Below the pieces are notes generated by a model. That model was not told the DNA's origin and made no database searches. It saw nothing but the letters and a program-made list of their open reading frames with translations. Both the position numbers and the translations under genes were made by a program. A stretch of 63,910 bases of DNA, counting the filler, from Thraustochytrium aureum (lineage: Eukaryota): the NCBI GenBank assembly GCA_012862495.1. It is 4 parts of 2 records of this genome, joined end to end, with 100 filler letters (N's around TTAATTAATTAA, not from the genome) between each part and the next. Parts side by side here need not be neighbours in the genome. Positions count along the whole stretch, not along the records: positions 57,517 to 63,910 come from BLSG01000126.1; 3 more parts are not named here. The stretch is one strand, 5' to 3'. Below, piece by piece: positions 57,893 through 63,910 of the stretch. Position 1 is the first letter of the stretch, and each line of letters starts with the position of its first letter.

Positions 57893-59560
57893 TTACAGCT
57901 GGCTTGGCTCGCTGCCCTGCGCACTCGGCTCGGGCGTCGCAGCGCTGTCGGCGCCGTCCAGCGAAAGGTTTGCTGCGAGCGCCTCGAACCCGGCGGCTCC
58001 GTCCACTTGCCCCTCATCAGCGTTGAAACTGTCGTCCTCGCCGTCCTCGTCGTCTCCAGCCACCGCAGCAGCCACCGCGGCCGCCGCGGCTTCGTCATCC
58101 GAGACATCAAAGTCGTCGCCGAAATCAGCATCGTCCATGGGCCCATCCTGCGCGGTCGCCACCGTCTCATTGTCGGGAGCAAGCGTGGCGCCGTCGTCCA
58201 CATCAGCGGCTGACTGGTTGCGGTAGTCGCGGTTCTTTTTGGAAGCGCGCTTGGCGGCCTTGCCGCGCTTCTGCGGACCTTTGCCGGGCTCGCCGCCCCC
58301 TCCGCCCTTGCGACGGTCGCGGCGAGAGGTTAGCTTTTGCACCAGGACGATGGAAGGAAGGTCTCGGCCCTTGAGCGGCGCTAGAATGTCCTCGCTGGCG
58401 TTGTGGTTGACAAAGTCGTAGCCGAGGACCGCGTCACCCGGGTTGAGGTGGATCCCGATGTGCGAGGTAACCAGGAAGCGCTCGTCGTTGACGCCGAGGT
58501 CGCTCGCACGGGCCACCTCTACCTCTGCCAGCGTGGTCGACGAGGCGCTGCTCGAGTAGTCGAGCGGCTGCACGTCAAGAACGGCAAACTCGACCAGTTC
58601 TCGCGCGGAGGCCAACGGAACGAAGGCGTTGGGCCAGAACTTGCCCTCGCTGAGCTTGGCCCGCCCCATTGTGAACGGGTCCACGAGGTTGATCGCGCGC
58701 GTCACGGACTCGCACAACACGACCGCCGTGCTGCCGCCAAACAGCGCGCTCTGCAGTTTGATCGGGAGGATGAGGCAGTCGTGCTTGCACAGCGGCACGA
58801 CTTCGACCGCCAAGGTGTGCCGATAGTTGTACGTGTTGTTGTTCAGGTCCGAGCCCTTGAGCTGCTTGCTTTCTTTCCGCCGCGCTGGGACGCTGGCAAG
58901 CACGTGGTCGCTGAACTTGTTGCCCTGGGATTTGGTGGGAAAGTAAAAGTCGATGCCGGTCGCGACCGGGACGACGTTGAGCGCATGCCGGGCCGCGCCG
59001 TCTCGCACGAGGCGGTTCTCCAGATTCAAAAGCGTTCGCTTGAACTTGACCTGCTGACGGACCTGCACCACTGTGGTCCAGTTCTGGTCCGTGGTCTCCT
59101 TGGTGCAAAAGGTGCAGAGCTTGGTCCTCACCACAAAGTCCACCACGAGGGGCTGCCGCACCACGGCCTGGTTGAACACCTCCTTTTCCACTGTGACTTT
59201 GAGCTTTAGTCGCCGGCTGTGCGGCTCTGTCCAAATCCACGAGGCGTCCACAAAGGTGGCGCCGCTCTTTTTGCCTTTCCCCTTGCCTTTCCCGAGCCCG
59301 TGAACGGCCTTGAGGCACAGAGCCATCAGTTCGGCCGACTCGGGCTCGCACTTGAGCCAGCGCCCGTCCTCGCCGGCCCTAAACCTCCCGCACCCGCTGC
59401 ACATCCAAATCAGCTCGCTCCTCGAGATCCCCTCCGCCACGTCCACCTTATCCTTCAGGCACGACAGGCACATGTTGGCATCATTCGGCAGAATCGCGAC
59501 GCCGCACAGGCAGCAGGCGATGGTGCCTAGTTCATTCGACGGCGTCGTCAGCGCGGCCAT
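57893..59560 (-). CDS. NMD3: 60S ribosomal export protein NMD3
   Basis: IACCLCGVAILPNDANMCLSCL, ESAELMALCLK, FVDASWIWTEPHSRRLKLK, WTTVVQVRQ, THIGIHLNPGDAVLGYD-type motif; acidic C-terminal tail. Confidence 0.95.
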   Translation of the reverse strand: MAALTTPSNELGTIACCLCGVAILPNDANMCLSCLKDKVDVAEGISRSELIWMCSGCGRFRAGEDGRWLKCEPESAELMALCLKAVHGLGKGKGKGKKSGATFVDASWIWTEPHSRRLKLKVTVEKEVFNQAVVRQPLVVDFVVRTKLCTFCTKETTDQNWTTVVQVRQQVKFKRTLLNLENRLVRDGAARHALNVVPVATGIDFYFPTKSQGNKFSDHVLASVPARRKESKQLKGSDLNNNTYNYRHTLAVEVVPLCKHDCLILPIKLQSALFGGSTAVVLCESVTRAINLVDPFTMGRAKLSEGKFWPNAFVPLASARELVEFAVLDVQPLDYSSSASSTTLAEVEVARASDLGVNDERFLVTSHIGIHLNPGDAVLGYDFVNHNASEDILAPLKGRDLPSIVLVQKLTSRRDRRKGGGGGEPGKGPQKRGKAAKRASKKNRDYRNQSAADVDDGATLAPDNETVATAQDGPMDDADFGDDFDVSDDEAAAAAVAAAVAGDDEDGEDDSFNADEGQVDGAAGFEALAANLSLDGADSAATPEPSAQGSEPSQL

Positions 59561-59595
59561 CCTCCCGCCGCCCGCCGCCCCAGCCTCCGCCTCCG

Positions 59596-59596
59596 C

Positions 59597-59628
<32 letters not shown>

Positions 59629-59845
59629 CCGCAGCCGCAACAGCAATCCGCGCCAACGCCAGCACCAACGCGACCAACACCACCACCAACACCAACACGG
59701 GAGGGAGAGAAGGGCGGCCGCGCGAGTCCTGTTCGGGGTCTGCTGCTGCGAGAGCGTGAAAGCGGGAGTCCCGGGACCTCGCGGCGGAAGACCCGATTGA
59801 GCGCCCGCCCGCTTGCCTGCCTGCCTGCCTGCCTGCCTGCCTGCC
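59596..59845 (+). repeat. (ACA)n and (GCCT)n microsatellites upstream of NMD3
   Basis: caacaacaaca... at about 59596-59629 and gcctgcctgcct... at about 59816-59845. Confidence 0.85.
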
Positions 59846-60089
59846 NNNNNNNNNNNNNNNNNNNNNNNNNNNNNNNNNNNNNNNNNNNNNNNNNNNNNNN
59901 NNNNNNNNNNNNNNNNNNNNNNNNNNNNNNNNNNNNNNNNNNNNNNNNNNNNNNNNNNNNNNNNNNNNNNNNNCGCGATGACGCACGGGATGGAAGGACT
60001 GCCTCGGCGCCAAGAGCTGCGGAGAGCCGCGCGGGCTGGGAATGATGCGCGAGTATGGTGGTTTGGTTTGGGGGGAACGGGCTGGCTGG

Positions 60090-62345
60090 CTATTCGGCTG
60101 CGGTGGCAGGTGCCAAAGTCCCGCGCGCACGCGACGAGGTTGCGGTGGACGCTGACGTGGACGTGAGACGGCTCACAAAGTTGCGGTGGAGCTTGAAGGA
60201 GGGCGTCAAGGAGGAGCGGCGAAGCTTGAGGGATTTGGTGAACGATGACCCGCGCAAGCTTCGCCGCTTGACCTCACCAGGACCTGGATGCGGCGGTGCC
60301 GGCGGCAGCGGGTCGTCCAGGCCCAAGAGCCGCACGGCCTTGTCGAGCGAGCCGCGCGGTTTGTTGGGCCGCGAGACCTCTGCCTCCCTTTGCGCGTCGG
60401 CTTCCGCCCGCGCCAAGGCGGAGGCCTTGGCGTGCAGCTCGTGTTCCAGCTCCAGCAGCTTGCGCGAAATGAGCTCCTTTTCGCCCACGATCGATTCGAG
60501 CTTGTTCCCCACCGACTCGAGGTACTCTTGGCGCTGAACGAGACTGCGCTGCAGCATGCTGCGCTCGAAAATAGCCTCCATGAGCCTTTCCTCCTGCTTC
60601 TCCGTCGACTCGCGCGCTCGCTGGCGCTCGAGCTCGAGCTCGAGCTCGAGTCGCTTGCGTCGCTCAGCCTCAAGTGCGAGCCGCGACTCTGCGTCGCGAA
60701 TACGCTGTTCGTACGTGGAGAGCTTGTCGGAATGGATACCCCGGATGGTGTTTATCTCGTCCTCAATTGAGTCGCGTGGTCTCGCGTACAGCTGCATGGG
60801 AGCCGCCGCGACCATGTGCGAGTCCGTCAGGAGCGAGTCGATCTCGTTGGCCAGGTTTTCAATCGACGCCTCTTCGTCGAGCCCACCGCCGCCGAGCGTC
60901 ATATCGCCGGTGTAGCTGGCGCTCTCGATGAATGACGAGTTGAAAGGCCGCATCGCAATCTCGGAGAGCCTTCGGACACGCTCTCGCGAATAGTCTTGCT
61001 CCACTGGGTCAAACTCGTCGCCCAGAAATGCGGTAGAGTCGTTGAGCGTGTCTTCGATCTCCTGCGAAAGGGCGTTCAGCACATTTACCTGCCGGTTTTC
61101 CCGATTCCACTCTTGCCGCGAGGCCGACGTGGGGCATTCGGACGAGGCGCTCTCGGAAGGACCTTCGCCTGCGGCAGAAGTCGCGTCGCCAGCGCTTTGA
61201 TCGTCCTCTTGTCTGTCGACGCCGCTGCCTTTGTTCTGGAGGTCGTCTTCGATCGAGTCGATGCTGAACCGGGTCCTGTCCAGCGCCTTGCGAGCGGTGC
61301 GTTTCGTGCTGTTGGTGAGCACCGTTGTTTCGGCGAAGCGGCACTTCTCGGCGAATCGCAGCGTCGCGAGAGTGCCCTGCCGGTCCTGGACACTCAATGA
61401 GAGGTTGAACACCACGCTCAGAAGCGAGCCGCCTGTCAGGCAGCTGGCTAGGATGCGGGTCAGCTTTGACTCACGGAATGCAAGGTGGTGCGCCGCAGTT
61501 CCTTCGGCCCGACTCGAGCCCTGGCGGCCAATGTCCTCAATCACGCGGCGCAGCGTCAGCAGAGACTTGCTCGCGCTGGAAGCCCCGAGCGCGCCTGCCT
61601 CGCCCTGGTTTCGCGCGCTCTCCGCGCTCGCGAGGTCGATGAGGGTCAGCGTCGAGTTGCTCTGCTTGACCACCGCGCCAGAGCTGGCGTCCTCGACGCG
61701 CCGCTCGAGGAAAACCTGCACCAGGTTGTGCGCTCGCACCGGCGTGCCCTTGGCGCAGCGTCGATCGCGAAGCTCGTCGGCCTGGGCAAGCAGGGTCTCC
61801 ACTTGCTCCGCGGACGAGCAAGCCACCTTGCGGAGGCCTTGGATGTTGGTGGTCCCGTCCTCGTCCTCTAGCACAGTCAGGTTCTCCTTGCCCGAGAGCA
61901 GGTCGCGAACGCGCTCGCTGGCGACGTCAAAGCAAGCAACGTGGACAAAGTGCTTCACCTTTTGCGCGCTCGTCATACGCTCGGCGCTGTCGCGCTCGAC
62001 CTTGATCTGCCGGAACAGGGCCCTCGTCGCGGCCATCGCGACGCCCTCGTTGTCGAGCAGCGAGCCAAACATGGTGTGCGTTTTGCCGCTTCGCGAGTGC
62101 CCATACGCCATCACTGTCCCGTGCTCCCCCGAGAGCAGGTTGTCGATGGCCTCGGCCGCCACGAGTTGGCATGTTTGCGCGTTGTCAGCGTCGGCAGAGA
62201 TGAGTCGCTCGAACTGCCACTGGGCGCCCCTGGAGGCGCAGTCCTCGCCAAGGTCGGCCAGCGTTCCGTCTTCCGGGTCAACGCTCCAGGCGCTATCTTC
62301 TGCCGGCCCGTTCGGCTTGATGCGCGCGGCGACCTTGACCCTCAT
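60090..62345 (-). CDS. N-terminal-motor kinesin-like protein with a coiled-coil tail and degenerate nucleotide-switch motifs
   Basis: VKVAARIKP, GTVMAYGHSRSGKTHTMFG, ERVRDLL, LTLIDLASAE, FRESKLTRIL...GG, TLATLRFAEK; coiled coil in the C-terminal third. Confidence 0.88.
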   Translation of the reverse strand: MRVKVAARIKPNGPAEDSAWSVDPEDGTLADLGEDCASRGAQWQFERLISADADNAQTCQLVAAEAIDNLLSGEHGTVMAYGHSRSGKTHTMFGSLLDNEGVAMAATRALFRQIKVERDSAERMTSAQKVKHFVHVACFDVASERVRDLLSGKENLTVLEDEDGTTNIQGLRKVACSSAEQVETLLAQADELRDRRCAKGTPVRAHNLVQVFLERRVEDASSGAVVKQSNSTLTLIDLASAESARNQGEAGALGASSASKSLLTLRRVIEDIGRQGSSRAEGTAAHHLAFRESKLTRILASCLTGGSLLSVVFNLSLSVQDRQGTLATLRFAEKCRFAETTVLTNSTKRTARKALDRTRFSIDSIEDDLQNKGSGVDRQEDDQSAGDATSAAGEGPSESASSECPTSASRQEWNRENRQVNVLNALSQEIEDTLNDSTAFLGDEFDPVEQDYSRERVRRLSEIAMRPFNSSFIESASYTGDMTLGGGGLDEEASIENLANEIDSLLTDSHMVAAAPMQLYARPRDSIEDEINTIRGIHSDKLSTYEQRIRDAESRLALEAERRKRLELELELERQRARESTEKQEERLMEAIFERSMLQRSLVQRQEYLESVGNKLESIVGEKELISRKLLELEHELHAKASALARAEADAQREAEVSRPNKPRGSLDKAVRLLGLDDPLPPAPPHPGPGEVKRRSLRGSSFTKSLKLRRSSLTPSFKLHRNFVSRLTSTSASTATSSRARGTLAPATAAE

Positions 62346-63629
62346 GTTCGATGTTTGTTCGGTGCAGACTTGCGAGTTCCGTGCCGCCGAGGAGAAGTCC
62401 TTGCTCTCCGAGCCCCCGCCCCAGTGAAGTGGGCCAAGCTCTCGCGGCTAGCTACCTACGCCCGGCTGCCAGTCGTCGTCGCCAAGCTGGGGGCGCAAGG
62501 CCTTCGCCCGCGAGGACAGGCCCCGTCCGCGCCGCCCGCAAGTGCGTTGGGGCGGCCTGTCTCCAGGTCTACTTGGTCCACGGTGGCTGCGAGCGGCAGC
62601 AGGCAGGACGACGTTGAGGCGGGCCGCGGCGGATGCAGCAGCGNNNNNNNNNNNNNNNNNNNNNNNNNNNNNNNNNNNNNNNNNNNNNNNNNNNNNNNNN
62701 NNNNNNNNNNNNNNNNNNNNNNNNNNNNNNNNNNNNNNNNNNNNNNNNNNNNNNNNNNNNNNNNNNNNNNNNNNNNNNNNNNNNNNNNNNNNNNNNNNNN
62801 NNNNNNNNNNNNNNNNNNNNNNNNNNNNNNNNNNNNNNNNNNNNNNNNNNNNNNNNNNNNNNNNNNNNNNNNNNNNNNNNNNNNNNNNNNNNNNNNNNNN
62901 NNNNNNNNNNNNNNNNNNNNNNNNNNNNNNNNNNNNNNNNNNNNNNNNNNNNNNNNNNNNNNNNNNNNNNNNNNNNNNNNNNNNNNNNNNNNNNNNNNNN
63001 NNNNNNNNNNNNNNNNNNNNNNNNNNNNNNNNNNNNNNNNNNNNNNNNNNNNNNNNNNNNNNNNNNNNNNNNNNNNNNNNNNNNNNNNNNNNNNNNNNNN
63101 NNNNNNNNNNNNNNNNNNNNNNNNNNNNNNNNNNNNNNNNNNNNNNNNNNNNNNNNNNNNNNAACAACCAGATAGGAGCGGGCGCTGACTGTGGGGGCCC
63201 TTTTGCTGGGCTCGCTTGTGTCAACGACACATTTGCGGTGGTTGTCCCAATGCGAATCACCGCAAGCGGAACCTCTACGCATCGCTCGCCTTCAACTTCC
63301 TCAAAAAACCAGCCTGGAGAACAATGCCTGCACGCACACGCTTGCTGTTGCGCTGCACTTCGATGGACTGCAAATCGTGCAAGTTCGCGCCCTTCTTCTT
63401 CGACGAGCTGCGACGATCCGTTCACAAGTTGAAGGAAGGGTCGCGCAAAGCCAGACTCGCCTTCGTGTTTCGGATCCGGGCTGACCGCTGAGAGGCATGG
63501 GGTTGCAAGTAAAAATCTTTGTTTGCTTGCCTTTTCTCCTCCGAGTCGAGACATCCGGCCAGCGTCCGAGTCTGGCACCGTTCTTGCCGTTCTGTTCGCT
63601 GCGGACAGCGCAGTCGCAGCACTGCTCCA

Positions 63630-63910
63630 TCAGTTGACGTTGGCGGGATGGTAGAGCGGCGCGAAACGCCGGAACACCTTGCAGCCCTGGCTGTCAAAGT
63701 AGCACTGCAGCTCCAGGGGCATCTCGAGCTCCGAGCCAGGCTCCGTCACAAGGCCGCGGTAGTTGCGCCGGACCGCCTTGCACGCCTTGCTGTATTTGGC
63801 TTTGCCCTTGCTCCTCTTCCCGAACTCGCCGTTCGCGTTCTGCGCCGCGACCGCCGCGCAGGGGTCGGCCTGCAGCGTCGACGGCTCGCAGATCTGGTTG
63901 CGCATCGTGA
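63630..63910 (-). CDS. 3' end of a Cys-containing hypothetical protein (continues beyond the window)
   Basis: Open frame from the window edge to TGA at 63630-63632 with strongly G/C-ending codons; no family recognised. Confidence 0.5.
   Translation of the reverse strand, partial: TMRNQICEPSTLQADPCAAVAAQNANGEFGKRSKGKAKYSKACKAVRRNYRGLVTEPGSELEMPLELQCYFDSQGCKVFRRFAPLYHPANVN

Noticed and set aside
59561..60130. N-terminal poly-Val 'transmembrane' extension of NMD3
   Set aside because: It is the translation of (ACA)n and (GCCT)n microsatellites across a gap; NMD3 homology begins at ATG 59560.

Overview
GC-rich, gene-dense, nearly intron-free eukaryotic (protist) nuclear DNA; a stramenopile such as a labyrinthulomycete is my guess, not something the sequence proves. 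The window is four scaffolds joined by artificial 100-nt N-TTAATTAATTAA-N linkers (about 1-24183, 24284-50178, 50279-57416, 57517-63910), with many internal N gaps. Recognisable genes: dynein light chain; a PH-like/LRR/MyTH4/FERM protein; a cytochrome b5-fused desaturase; an NWD-like DUF4062-WD40 protein; a GT90 glycosyltransferase; two paralogous secreted, membrane-anchored His-brace (LPMO-like) proteins; two orphan multi-pass membrane proteins; a giant (about 5,800 codons) HECT E3 ligase; a SERF-family protein missed by the ORF track; a GT60 GlcNAc-transferase; AP-2 alpha; NMD3; and a kinesin with degenerate switch motifs. The best candidate for an undescribed system is the pair of cell-surface His-brace proteins with Tyr/Gly/Gln-rich cytoplasmic tails, possibly served by a nearby His-bearing DUF2306-like membrane protein. 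Seven single-base (-1) frameshifts break otherwise intact genes and are most likely sequencing errors. All family calls come from motif recognition by eye; no searches were run.
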